Assembly: GCA_030598885.1 (NCBI GenBank)
Contig: JAUVOZ010000001.1
Coordinates: forward strand, 1 to 57,167
Reading direction: 5' to 3'
Length of the DNA: 57,167 nt
Source of the DNA: Anaerolineae bacterium
Lineage (GTDB): Bacteria > Chloroflexota > Anaerolineae > Anaerolineales > E44-bin32
The notes below the pieces were generated by a model that made no database searches, was not told the DNA's origin, and saw nothing but the letters and a program-made list of their open reading frames with translations. The position numbers and the translations under genes are program-made. Below are positions 9,662 to 18,582 of this stretch, piece by piece (within the stretch, counting starts at the first letter, position 1; each line of letters begins with the position of its first letter).

Positions 9662-10772
9662 AATTACCCAAGCAATCGCCCGATCGCGCAACATATCTGC
9701 TGTTGAAAACTCAACGGTTGGTCGGGTAAAGATCAAGGTTCTTGGTTTAGGCGGTGGCGGGTCAAACGCAGTCAATCGTATGATTGAACTTGGTTTAGCC
9801 GGCGTTTCCTTTATCGCGGCTAATACCGATAAGCAGGCTCTCTCATCGAGCCTGGCCCCATGCCAGATACAGTTGGGACCTAGAGTAACGCGAGGGCTCG
9901 GTGCTGGTGGCGATCCTCGAGTTGGCGCATCTTCTGCCATTGAAAGCAGCCGTGAAATAGCCGCCGCCCTCCGCCAGGCGGATATTGTATTCATTACCGC
10001 CGGTATGGGTGGCGGAACGGGAACCGGAGCTGCACCAATCGCGGCTGAGATCGCTCGTGAAATGGGTGCTATCGTGATTGCAGTCGTCACTCTGCCTTTC
10101 ACCTTCGAAATGAATCGCCGGGCACAGAACGCCCTCGATGGTGTAAAAAAGCTTCAACCTCACACTCATACACTGATTACCGTCCCTAACGATCGGCTGC
10201 TACAAATCGCTCCTCACGATCTCAGTCTCGAAATCGCTTTCCGTCTGGCGGACGATGTGCTGCGCCAGGGCGTCCAAGGGATCTCTGAATTGATCACCCG
10301 ACCGGGACTGATCAATGTCGATTTCGCTCACGTGCGACAATTGATGATGAACGGAGGTGGCGCATTCATGTCGATCGGCCTCGGTGAGGGACCCGAAAAG
10401 GCGAAGGCTGCCATCCATCAGGCGCTTAATCATCCTCTATTGGAGATCAACAGCCTGGAACAAGCGACAGGCATTCTGGTTCACTTCACCGGTGGTGCAG
10501 ACCTCACACTGCACGAGGTTGGAGAAGCGGTGACCGAGTTGCGTACATCCTTAGCGCCTGATACTGACCTGATCCTAGGCGCGACATCAGAGGAGATTAT
10601 GACTGGACGCGCTCAAGTGATCTTGATCGTAACCGGCATTGGCGGCAGGCCAATTTGTAGGCTGAACACGATGGAATCCGATGCCCAATTACTGAGCGTT
10701 GAGCAAGTATCTTCAGTGGCGGACGATTTGGATCTGCCCACCTTCCTTCGTAAAAGAGTTGCAATCGGATAG
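9654..10772 (+). CDS. ftsZ: cell division protein FtsZ
   Basis: Tubulin/FtsZ signatures are present: IKVLGLGGGGSNAVNRM and the AGMGGGTGTGAAP glycine-rich GTP-binding loop. The start ATG at 9654 is preceded by AGGAGAAAACA. The upstream in-frame TTG at 9564 is unlikely to be the start. Confidence 0.95.
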   Translation: MTKITQAIARSRNISAVENSTVGRVKIKVLGLGGGGSNAVNRMIELGLAGVSFIAANTDKQALSSSLAPCQIQLGPRVTRGLGAGGDPRVGASSAIESSREIAAALRQADIVFITAGMGGGTGTGAAPIAAEIAREMGAIVIAVVTLPFTFEMNRRAQNALDGVKKLQPHTHTLITVPNDRLLQIAPHDLSLEIAFRLADDVLRQGVQGISELITRPGLINVDFAHVRQLMMNGGGAFMSIGLGEGPEKAKAAIHQALNHPLLEINSLEQATGILVHFTGGADLTLHEVGEAVTELRTSLAPDTDLILGATSEEIMTGRAQVILIVTGIGGRPICRLNTMESDAQLLSVEQVSSVADDLDLPTFLRKRVAIG

Positions 10773-10781
10773 GCCAGAGCC

Positions 10782-11015
10782 ATGAAGTGTTCATTAATCA
10801 CCAAATTGAACCGTCAAGTGACTGAGAAATTCCCTGAGATGAAGGGCGTAAACCCGACAATTCGTCGCGGTCCCCAGCCCAAAGATGGCGATCAACGTTA
10901 TACACTCACCTACAAGGGAAAGGCAGACCTGCCAGGAGGACGGAAAATAAGTCGGATAGTGCGCGTGGTTGCTGACGAAGAAGGGCGCATCCTCCGAATT
11001 AGCACCTCAAAATAG
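10782..11015 (+). CDS. hypothetical small protein (77 aa) immediately downstream of ftsZ
   Basis: ORF begins 10 nt after the ftsZ stop. Basic and hydrophilic. No motif recognised. Confidence 0.35.
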   Translation: MKCSLITKLNRQVTEKFPEMKGVNPTIRRGPQPKDGDQRYTLTYKGKADLPGGRKISRIVRVVADEEGRILRISTSK

Positions 11016-11017
11016 CC

Positions 11018-11206
11018 ATGGATAAAAACTACCCCCACACAATAGATTTGATGAAGGCGACTTTCTGGCGGATAGCTGCCTCCTTGATCGGCATCGCTGT
11101 CCGCAGGAAAAGGATCTTCGAACGGATAATGACTTACACGCCATTCGTGATTGCTGGCATCGTGGCTTACATGTTGGGCCGCTTGATTGGAGAGCTACTG
11201 TTGTAG
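11018..11206 (+). CDS. hypothetical small membrane protein (62 aa)
   Basis: ORF begins 3 nt after the previous one. It has two hydrophobic segments. It could be spurious. Confidence 0.2.
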   Translation: MDKNYPHTIDLMKATFWRIAASLIGIAVRRKRIFERIMTYTPFVIAGIVAYMLGRLIGELLL

Positions 11207-11322
11207 AGTAAATCTTCCCAATAATCACTAGATTATTTAAAAGTTTTTCCAACTCCTCACCTACGCCTTTATACTTATTACCCCCTCCAGATGGGTCTTT
11301 TGCAGGTGTTGATGCGACACCG

Positions 11323-11361
11323 CTCCCCTGAAACCGAAATCGGGAGGCTCCTTTTATTATT
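11323..11361 (+). terminator. weak stem-loop followed by T-rich tract (possible terminator after the ftsZ-distal small ORFs)
   Basis: CTCCC ... GGGAG 5-bp stem followed by CTCCTTTTATTATT. The stem is short and the loop large. Confidence 0.2.
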
Positions 11362-12826
11362 CGTTCAAGCCCGCATATTTACAGACAATTTCCACCGCCT
11401 TGACGAGCGTCTTTGCCGCCAGAACGGCGTAGCCAATAATCAAGTTACCCTCTTCATCTAAAGTGCCCAGGCCCGGCCCGAGGAACATATTCCCACCATA
11501 AATAGTTGCCGGCTCAACGCCCATCTCGACCTGGGCAGAGCAGATGGGATTGGTGTTAGCATACAGATCCTCGAGCGTAAAAATAGGGATCCCATACTCA
11601 TCGTCTTCCCAGGTACGTTCGTAGTTTAATTCTGTTCCGCCAAGGTGATAGCTCTTGGTGAAGATTAGCTTTTCCCTGAACCGGCTTGGCTTGAGAGATT
11701 GAAACTGCTCCACTATGATCTCGTGAAATTTATCGATAGGATCTTTCACGATGTGGGGCATGTCGCGCAATACCTTCATGTACGCTACCAATCCGATTAC
11801 GGTATCCCGACCCGGGTCGCTGAACGTGAAGACCGCTTTCCCATGTGAAGAAAGCTCGCCATAACGTTGTCCACCCAGCCCCATACCTTTTCGTATAGGA
11901 TTGATAACTTCATCTTTCCCTATGATGAGCCCGCAAGTTGGAGCCCGTCCAGCCTTGTCCATGCTGTAAGTCATAATATCGGCGCCTATGTGGCGGGGAT
12001 CCATTCCGATTATGGGCAGCGAGCTGGCATTATCGACGATAAACGGTATGTCGTAGTCTTTGGCTAATTCACCTAACAGTCGCTTCAGCGTAGGCGCTCC
12101 GTTATCGTCTTTTTGGGTATAGCCATAGCTCGGAGTATCGTATCCCAGACACGCGACACCGGATAAAAGATGCTCATGCCGGGCTGCGACCTTCCTGACG
12201 TTCTCCATGGTTTTTTCAACGTCTATCTGAGTCAACAAAGAAGTAGGATTGAAGCGTATCCCATGCGATTGGTACTTCGCTCCCACGAAACGCACATACA
12301 GCGCGTCAAGGTTGGCTAAGCTCTTACCCTCAACTCCCAATTCACCCGCCGCGACGGTGCGATCGACCAACAGATTTTTATACTTCGGGGGAAATGCTCG
12401 ACCATAGCCTCCCATCCACTCGTAATCTTCTCCGTAGAGCATAAGGAAACGCGAGCGGTAAGCGTCGCCGCGACGCAGAGCCGGCGGTGCACACAAGGTT
12501 TCGAAGCATATGCGCAGCGCAGCCTCGCAGGTATTGGCCACCGCGGCATCGTACTCGTCGCCATAAACGTCTTTCACTATTTCGCGCACTTCGTCCTCGA
12601 CCTCGCGCAACGTCAGCGTTCGACCACTTCGATTGGCTTTGACAATTTCATCAAGAACATAGCTTGGCAGATTACCTGGGCGAGATGATGAACCCGCATA
12701 GAGACCGATATCTGCATCAACTTTATCAAGCCCCAATTCTTGTCTGAATTTACTAGCTTCCTCATGGATTTTTGGAATGTTCTCGTAGATACGTTGATAC
12801 CATTGATACCTATATTTGGTTTTCAT
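11357..12826 (-). CDS. SelA-like fold-type I PLP-dependent enzyme (L-seryl-tRNA(Sec) selenium transferase-related family), function unknown
   Basis: The segment TYSMDKAGRAPTCGLIIGKDEVINPIRKGMGLGGQRYGE parallels the SelA PLP-lysine region ([26 protein letters not shown]...). 489 aa. Confidence 0.45.
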   Translation of the reverse strand: MKTKYRYQWYQRIYENIPKIHEEASKFRQELGLDKVDADIGLYAGSSSRPGNLPSYVLDEIVKANRSGRTLTLREVEDEVREIVKDVYGDEYDAAVANTCEAALRICFETLCAPPALRRGDAYRSRFLMLYGEDYEWMGGYGRAFPPKYKNLLVDRTVAAGELGVEGKSLANLDALYVRFVGAKYQSHGIRFNPTSLLTQIDVEKTMENVRKVAARHEHLLSGVACLGYDTPSYGYTQKDDNGAPTLKRLLGELAKDYDIPFIVDNASSLPIIGMDPRHIGADIMTYSMDKAGRAPTCGLIIGKDEVINPIRKGMGLGGQRYGELSSHGKAVFTFSDPGRDTVIGLVAYMKVLRDMPHIVKDPIDKFHEIIVEQFQSLKPSRFREKLIFTKSYHLGGTELNYERTWEDDEYGIPIFTLEDLYANTNPICSAQVEMGVEPATIYGGNMFLGPGLGTLDEEGNLIIGYAVLAAKTLVKAVEIVCKYAGLNE

Positions 12827-13092
12827 ATCCGATGCTCCTTTCCTTGTGCGGTGTATTTCAGGTAAACGAAAGTAAGTTTAGGCGTGCGCGCTCTATAAGG
12901 CAAGCTGCTCTATGAATTTCTTTCTCAGAGATAAGTCAGATAAACAATCCTGGCAAGTCCCTCTCACTAAGCAGATATGTTAATCCGAGCTTTCAATGAT
13001 AAGCTATCGATGGCAGAACGTTCAAATTAATCATATATGATTCCATTTTGCACTTTTACATAAATTATGATAATCTGAGTGATACCGAGTCG

Positions 13093-13122
13093 TTGACGAA
13101 GGGAGGCAAAATACGCTACAAT
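13093..13122 (+). promoter_or_regulatory. sigma70-type promoter (TTGACG-N18-TACAAT) for the amino-acid ABC transporter operon
   Basis: Near-consensus -35 (13093-13098) and -10 (13117-13122) hexamers in a 360-bp AT-rich divergent intergenic region. Confidence 0.45.
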
Positions 13123-13134
13123 CATCTGGCTATG

Positions 13135-13153
13135 TTGACCGCGAATCGGTCAA
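13135..13153. promoter_or_regulatory. perfect palindromic operator TTGACCG-cgaat-CGGTCAA just downstream of the -10
   Basis: 7-bp perfect inverted repeat with a 5-bp spacer. It overlaps the predicted transcription start and lies about 37 nt upstream of the SBP start codon. Confidence 0.4.
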
Positions 13154-13189
13154 CTAATTTTTTCTTATTCGAATCAGGAGGAGAATACG

Positions 13190-14005
13190 ATGAAAAGGGC
13201 AATACTTCCAAGTCTATTTCTTATAATCAGTATAGTTTTAGGAGCATGCAGCACTACTACGCCAACTCCCGTTGCAGCGGATCCGATGGAGTTTATAACT
13301 GATTTTGGCGGACGTGAAATCACAGTCGGGGTCGAGAACACGTACCCTCCCTTCAACATGCTCGATCCTGATACAGACGAAGGGATAGGCTGGGACTATG
13401 ATGTCTATAGAGAGATCTGCAGACGGCTTAACTGCGTACCCGTCTTCGTAGAAATCATGTGGCCACCATTCGAGATGATGGCGGCAGGTGAGTTGGATAC
13501 GGTTGGCGATGGCATTACAATCAAGCTGAACCGCTCACAGGTCGTCGACTACTCCGACCCGTACATCGAGTATGGGATGATCATGATGATGCGGACGGAC
13601 AATGTCTATGAAACGGCGGAAGACTTCGCCGCCGATCCAGAGGCGAGGGTTGCTAGCCAAGCCGGGACCACCAACGAAGCCGCCGCGCTGGCGTTGGTCG
13701 GCGAGGACAGGATTGATAACTACGTCGAATGGCCCATTGGTGTCGTAGCACTGTTGGCCGGAGACAACGATGGGATGGCCATCGACTCGGTGGCTGCCGT
13801 CGCTTACATCCAAGAACACCCGGATGATTTGATGGCCGGCTTCTCCCTCACGAGTGGAGAGCTGCTAGCCTTAATATACCCGCCGGGCAGCCCACTCCAA
13901 GGACCGTTCAACAAGGCTATACAGGACATGTTAAACGACGGGACCATGGACGCAATATGCCAAAAGTGGTTGCTAACGAACTGTTCATCTGAAGAAGAAT
14001 TATAG
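13190..14005 (+). CDS. polar amino acid ABC transporter substrate-binding lipoprotein (family 3 SBP)
   Basis: Lipoprotein signal (LFLIISIVLGAC). The pattern resembles glutamine/His/Arg-binding proteins. RBS AGGAGG. Confidence 0.7.
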   Translation: MKRAILPSLFLIISIVLGACSTTTPTPVAADPMEFITDFGGREITVGVENTYPPFNMLDPDTDEGIGWDYDVYREICRRLNCVPVFVEIMWPPFEMMAAGELDTVGDGITIKLNRSQVVDYSDPYIEYGMIMMMRTDNVYETAEDFAADPEARVASQAGTTNEAAALALVGEDRIDNYVEWPIGVVALLAGDNDGMAIDSVAAVAYIQEHPDDLMAGFSLTSGELLALIYPPGSPLQGPFNKAIQDMLNDGTMDAICQKWLLTNCSSEEEL

Positions 14006-14039
14006 GCCGCACAGAAATTACCCATAGTAAATTGTAGGT

Positions 14040-14076
14040 GGGCGGCGAGGAGTGCCCATACTGTATCTCGCCGCCC
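14040..14076 (+). promoter_or_regulatory. GC-rich intercistronic stem-loop (10-bp stem GGGCGGCGAG/CTCGCCGCCC) between SBP and permease genes; possible partial terminator/attenuator
   Basis: Inverted repeat seen directly. T-rich run about 15 nt downstream. Confidence 0.35.
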
Positions 14077-14158
14077 TCTCCTTGCCATCGTTATTTTTGT
14101 CACCTCTCTTATCACTTACGTAGAGGTCCAAATTCTTTAATTTACAAAGGAGCACCTT

Positions 14159-15022
14159 ATGGGCGTTACGACTGAAGTTAAGAGAAAACGCCCAGGTCTG
14201 ATTCCCTGGGGCGGGGATCTTTCCCGTCTTCCCTGGTGGGTTCTAGTCGTCTTACTTGTTTTTACCGCTGGTGTGTACGCAATTCTCACCAATCGACATT
14301 GGGAGGCTGCCTTCGAATTTGCTCTGACGGGGGTCCAGCTCACTCTAATCTTGAGCCTCAGTTCGTTTGGAATTGCCCTGGTGGTAGGGCTGCTGGCGGG
14401 TTTGGGGCAACTGTCGAGAAATATCGTTTTTCGGAATCTATCCATGCTCTACGTCCAGGTTATACGTGGGATCCCAATCATAGTGCAGCTATACTTCGTC
14501 GCCTTCGTGATAATGCCCGTCGTCGTCGATGCCATAAACAATTTTGGAGGAACCCTGCAGGCTATCGAACCACTGACCAATTTTGGAATTAGCCTTGCCA
14601 ACCTTGAGCTGCGGGATATAAAAATGATGTACCGGGCTATTGGGGGCTTGGCGGTCGCCTACGGCGCATTCGAGGCGGAGGTCTTCCGAGCTGGCATCGA
14701 ATCGATTGAGCGAGGTCAGATGGAGGCGGCCCGCTCGCTGGGGATGAACTATGTCCAAGCCATGCGCCACATCATCCTGCCTCAGGCTATACGGGTGGTA
14801 CTGCCCCCATTGGGGAACGATTTCATCTCCATGTTAAAGGACTCTTCCCTGGCCATGGTCCTGGCAGTCCGCGAGCTTACCCAGGTGAGTCAGTTGCATA
14901 GAGCCCGGACCTTCCGTTCTTGGGAAAGTATGGGCACGGCGGCTTTGCTCTATTTGATGCTTACCCTCTCTCTGTCTTTCCTGGTAAAGTCGATGGAAAG
15001 GAGAATGGCTGTTGAAAAATAA
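14159..15022 (+). CDS. amino acid ABC transporter permease
   Basis: Multiple TM helices. EAA-loop motif [22 protein letters not shown]. Confidence 0.8.
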   Translation: MGVTTEVKRKRPGLIPWGGDLSRLPWWVLVVLLVFTAGVYAILTNRHWEAAFEFALTGVQLTLILSLSSFGIALVVGLLAGLGQLSRNIVFRNLSMLYVQVIRGIPIIVQLYFVAFVIMPVVVDAINNFGGTLQAIEPLTNFGISLANLELRDIKMMYRAIGGLAVAYGAFEAEVFRAGIESIERGQMEAARSLGMNYVQAMRHIILPQAIRVVLPPLGNDFISMLKDSSLAMVLAVRELTQVSQLHRARTFRSWESMGTAALLYLMLTLSLSFLVKSMERRMAVEK

Positions 15023-15776
15023 CGCTTCGCCCTCCGGATCCAATGATGACATCATTATCATAGAAAACGTTCACAAGAAGTTCGGCAGGGTTATCGCTCT
15101 GACCGACGTCAGCTTGACGGTAAAGCGAGGGGAGGTTTGCCTCATCTTCGGCCCCAGTGGCGGAGGGAAGAGCACACTACTCCGTTGCATTAATCACCTC
15201 GAGACGGTCGACAGCGGCAGGATCATCGTCGATGGAATCCCTCTAACCGAGGCAAAAGAGAACATTGATCAGGTTCGCGCCGAGGTCGGCATAGTCTTTC
15301 AATTATTCCACCTCTTTCCGCATCTGACATCTCTTGAGAATGTGACCCTGGCTCAAAAGGTAGTGCGTAAGCGCAACCCTGAAGAGGCGGAAGAAATCGC
15401 TCGAGCTCTTTTGGAAAGAGTCCATATCCCCGAGAAAGCCGACGCATATCCCGGTCAGCTTTCCGGTGGACAGAAACAACGGGTCGCTATCGCCCGCTCA
15501 TTGGCTATGAACCCGAAAATCATGCTCTTCGATGAGCCAACCTCCGCACTTGATCCCGAGATGATCAAAGAAGTCCTCGACGTCATGCTCGATCTGTGCG
15601 AGGAGGGCATGACCATGGTCGTCGTCTCCCACGAGATGGGATTTGCCAAAGCCGCAGCTGATAAAATGGTTTTTCTGTCTGATGGCCGGATAGTTGAAGA
15701 AGGATCGGTGCAAGAGATCTTCGAAAATCCCAAGACACCACGGACAAGAGCTTTTTTAGATCAGATCCTCTCCTAA
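15012..15776 (+). CDS. amino acid ABC transporter ATP-binding protein
   Basis: Walker [16 protein letters not shown], signature [16 protein letters not shown], Walker [11 protein letters not shown]. Overlaps the permease by 11 nt. Confidence 0.9.
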   Translation: MKNNASPSGSNDDIIIIENVHKKFGRVIALTDVSLTVKRGEVCLIFGPSGGGKSTLLRCINHLETVDSGRIIVDGIPLTEAKENIDQVRAEVGIVFQLFHLFPHLTSLENVTLAQKVVRKRNPEEAEEIARALLERVHIPEKADAYPGQLSGGQKQRVAIARSLAMNPKIMLFDEPTSALDPEMIKEVLDVMLDLCEEGMTMVVVSHEMGFAKAAADKMVFLSDGRIVEEGSVQEIFENPKTPRTRAFLDQILS

Positions 15777-16083
15777 GACTGAAGCCGGGAATACGAATGA
15801 CTTTTCCGACTTTTATTATCTGTGGCCAAAGAGCACTCACGCTCCAAATGACGGATACCCTCAAATGGGCTTATATGCAAATCCATTTATATGCCTCCGG
15901 CGGCTTCGATGCTAGCTATGTTCCAATACTACACAAACACAAATGTATTGATTTCATTTCCCTTCCGTCAAAGCTCTACACGATATATTGAACACAAAAA
16001 TCTTAACTAAAGAGCACTTCGGTTTAAAGGCATGCTTGCCAATTAAAAACAAACTCAAACAGCTCCGATGGTGAGGTATAACA

Positions 16084-17223
16084 ATGAAGCCTCTCGTTGA
16101 TCCGAAAGATTTTCCCGCCAGTCGTAAATCCTTATATTTGAACGCGGCATCGGTAGCCTTGATGTACCGAGGCGCAGCAGAGGCGGTGGTTGAATGGCAG
16201 GAAGACTTAGCTCATAACGGAACCATAAACTTCGATGAAATCGCCGAAGAAGCTGTTTTTGACAACTTGCACGAAGCTGCCGCTCGATTACTCAACGTTC
16301 AACCTGATGATATTGCGGTGGGCACCAGCGCCACCGAGCTGCTATCTTCTTTGGCATGGTCGATTGCTCCCGGTCCTGAAGCCAATGTTGTGAGTACTGA
16401 CATCGTGTTTCCCAGCACTCTCTATCCCTGGGCTCGGGTTGCAAGACACACAAACTGCGAGATCCGATTAGCAAAAGGGGAAAATGGGTATGCCGACCCA
16501 ATCGATATCATTGAGCTTATTGACGATAATACTGCCGTGGTTAGCATATCCCATGTTGAATTCGTAGCTGGCCAGCGTTATGATCTTACAAGAATATCGG
16601 AGGCTGCTCACAGCCACAATGCCTTATTTGTAGTAGATGCGACTCAATCCGCAGGTATGCTTCCCATTGATGTCCAAGATTCTCTCTTAGACGTCTTAGT
16701 CACTGGTTCCTACAAATGGCTCTGCGGCCCCTTTGGTGTCTCAGTGATGTACCTTGCACCCCATTTGCAGAGCAAACTTGACCCAGGTTTGGTAGGATGG
16801 CGCAGTCATAAAGATATGTGGGATCATCGAGCTTATCGACTTGAACTGCCTGACACTGCGAAACGATTTGAATTCAGTACTATGGCTTACGGTTGTGCTA
16901 TCGGTATGACTCGTTCAATTGAATACCTACTTGAGGTAGGAATTGATCGGATCTTCACTTATACCAGACACCTGGCAGATACACTCAGCCGAGGGTTAAA
17001 GGATCTCGGTGCAGAAATAGCCTCTCCCGAAAATGATGGGGAGCGAACCGCCATAGTTACTGCGCAGTTCCCGACTAAAGATTCGGCGACGGTAGCTCAG
17101 CATCTAGCCCAACATCAGGTTATCGTGTCCAAAAGAGGAGATTTTATAAGGTTTTCTCCTCATCTCTATAATGATCTCGGGGATGTTCAGCAGGCTTTAG
17201 AGTTAATCGGTGATATCATCTAA
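16084..17223 (+). CDS. class V aminotransferase-fold PLP enzyme (cysteine desulfurase/selenocysteine lyase-like)
   Basis: PLP-lysine motif TGSYKWLCGPFG. 379 aa. RBS GGTGAGG. Confidence 0.7.
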   Translation: MKPLVDPKDFPASRKSLYLNAASVALMYRGAAEAVVEWQEDLAHNGTINFDEIAEEAVFDNLHEAAARLLNVQPDDIAVGTSATELLSSLAWSIAPGPEANVVSTDIVFPSTLYPWARVARHTNCEIRLAKGENGYADPIDIIELIDDNTAVVSISHVEFVAGQRYDLTRISEAAHSHNALFVVDATQSAGMLPIDVQDSLLDVLVTGSYKWLCGPFGVSVMYLAPHLQSKLDPGLVGWRSHKDMWDHRAYRLELPDTAKRFEFSTMAYGCAIGMTRSIEYLLEVGIDRIFTYTRHLADTLSRGLKDLGAEIASPENDGERTAIVTAQFPTKDSATVAQHLAQHQVIVSKRGDFIRFSPHLYNDLGDVQQALELIGDII

Positions 17224-17319
17224 CGAATGCCAATGTTTGAATCGAACCAAGTAGGGTTGATTTTCTTTGTATGAGATTAAATGGAAAACGGGAGCCACAA
17301 CCCGTGGTTCCCGCTTGAG

Positions 17320-17401
17320 TGCGCTGGGCGGGGGTCGAACCCGCACGCCTTACGGCACATGGCCCTCAACCATGCCTGTCTGCCAATTCCAGCACCAGCG
17401 C
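17320..17401 (-). tRNA. tRNA-Leu (anticodon GAG), type II with long variable arm
   Basis: I folded the reverse complement by hand. It has a 7-bp acceptor stem (GCGCTGG/CCAGCGC), a 3-bp D stem with GG in the loop, anticodon loop TTGAGGG, a 13-nt variable arm, T-arm GCGGG-TTCGACC-CCCGC and discriminator A. CCA is not encoded. Confidence 0.85.
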
Positions 17402-17562
17402 GCAAAATATTTAATCTGCGGTATTATAGCCCACAGCGACTCCTTTTACAATTATTAGTACTGGTTCAATTCGGAATTTTGTGAGTCCGGTAATAAAGTA
17501 TTTTCTATCCTGCTCTATAATAGATATTTAGTCTCAGATGTGCAGTTTGGAGGTTGGCAATC

Positions 17563-18582
17563 ATGAGAATCGTATTAGATGCAATGGGCAGCGACACCCA
17601 TCCCAAACCAGAAATCAAAGCCGCGGTTGAGGCTGCCCGTCTGTGGGGTGATAAGATTTTGCTCACCGGACCAGAGCATATCCTCCTTCCCAAACTAGAT
17701 GAAATGGGGACCACCAAGGACGAAGTGGAGGTCATCCATGCTCCTGAGGTCCTTGAGATGACTGACAAGCCGGCAGCGACCGCGCGGGGTAAAGCCATGA
17801 ACTCCATGGCCATCGGTATGGAGTTGGTAAAAGAAGGTAAAGCTGACGCCTTTGTCACCGCCGGCAACACCGGCGGCGCGATGGCCAACGCGCTCTTCCG
17901 CCTTGGTCGTATCCGCGGTGTTAAACGCCCAGCAGTCTCGCCAATCCTCCCCGTTCTTGGTGGTCATGCGGTTATATTGGATGTTGGCGCCAATGCTGAT
18001 TGCAAACCAATTTTCCTACTTCAATTTGCCATCATGGGTACTATCTATGCCGAGAAGGTGCTTGGTAAATCCTCCCCTCGTGTGGGGCTCTTATCCAACG
18101 GGGAGGAACCGGGCAAGGGGAACATGTTAGTCAAGGAGACGTTCCCGTTGCTTGAAACTGCGGGAATAAACTTTATCGGCAATGTAGAACCCAAGGAAGT
18201 ATATGCAGGTGAAGCGGATGTTGTCGTCACCGACGGATTCTCTGGAAACGTGTTCATCAAGACCAGCGAAGCGGTAGCCCGTTTCATGATCGACATCATA
18301 CGAGATGAAATAAAAGCATCCCCTATCTCCTCAGTTGGTGGATTGCTGGCTAAGCCAGCTTTCCGTCGTGTAGGATTGATTTTGGATCCCTCTGAATATG
18401 GCGCTGCGCCGTTATTGGGTGTCGATGGTTTGGTATTTATCGGCCACGGTCGTTCTGACGCTAAAGCTCTTGTATCCGCTATCCGCATAGCAAGGCAGGC
18501 CGTCTCAAACAGATTACTAGAAGCCACCCGGGAGGCTATCCAAAGACGGTTAGCGAATGTTAGTCGTAAGGAGGAAGCGTGA
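17563..18582 (+). CDS. plsX: phosphate acyltransferase PlsX
   Basis: N-terminus MRIVLDAMGSD and overall PlsX pattern. RBS GGAGG lies 9 nt upstream of the ATG. Followed by fabF with a 4-nt overlap. Confidence 0.85.
   Translation: MRIVLDAMGSDTHPKPEIKAAVEAARLWGDKILLTGPEHILLPKLDEMGTTKDEVEVIHAPEVLEMTDKPAATARGKAMNSMAIGMELVKEGKADAFVTAGNTGGAMANALFRLGRIRGVKRPAVSPILPVLGGHAVILDVGANADCKPIFLLQFAIMGTIYAEKVLGKSSPRVGLLSNGEEPGKGNMLVKETFPLLETAGINFIGNVEPKEVYAGEADVVVTDGFSGNVFIKTSEAVARFMIDIIRDEIKASPISSVGGLLAKPAFRRVGLILDPSEYGAAPLLGVDGLVFIGHGRSDAKALVSAIRIARQAVSNRLLEATREAIQRRLANVSRKEEA

Noticed and set aside
9446-10169. 218-aa and 108-aa ORFs antisense to ftsZ
   Set aside because: Both are entirely antisense within a strongly supported gene. 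Ala/Pro/Arg-rich composition is typical of reverse-frame artefacts.
13048-13359. 84-aa (+) and 61-aa (-) ORFs spanning the AT-rich promoter region and the start of the SBP gene
   Set aside because: They overlap the predicted promoter/operator and the lipoprotein signal of a well-supported gene. AT-rich intergenic DNA commonly yields such ORFs.
15455-15864. Three overlapping minus-strand ORFs inside the ABC ATPase gene
   Set aside because: Antisense to a gene with unambiguous Walker A/B and signature motifs.
17267-17484. Two ORF-track entries (63 and 67 aa) overlapping the tRNA-Leu gene
   Set aside because: They overlap a well-folding tRNA on the opposite strand, have no RBS and no conserved features, so I read them as spurious.
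17224-17553. Integrated element at tRNA-Leu
   Set aside because: There is no integrase, recombinase or repeated tRNA 3'-end fragment within several kb on either side. Flanking genes are core metabolism.
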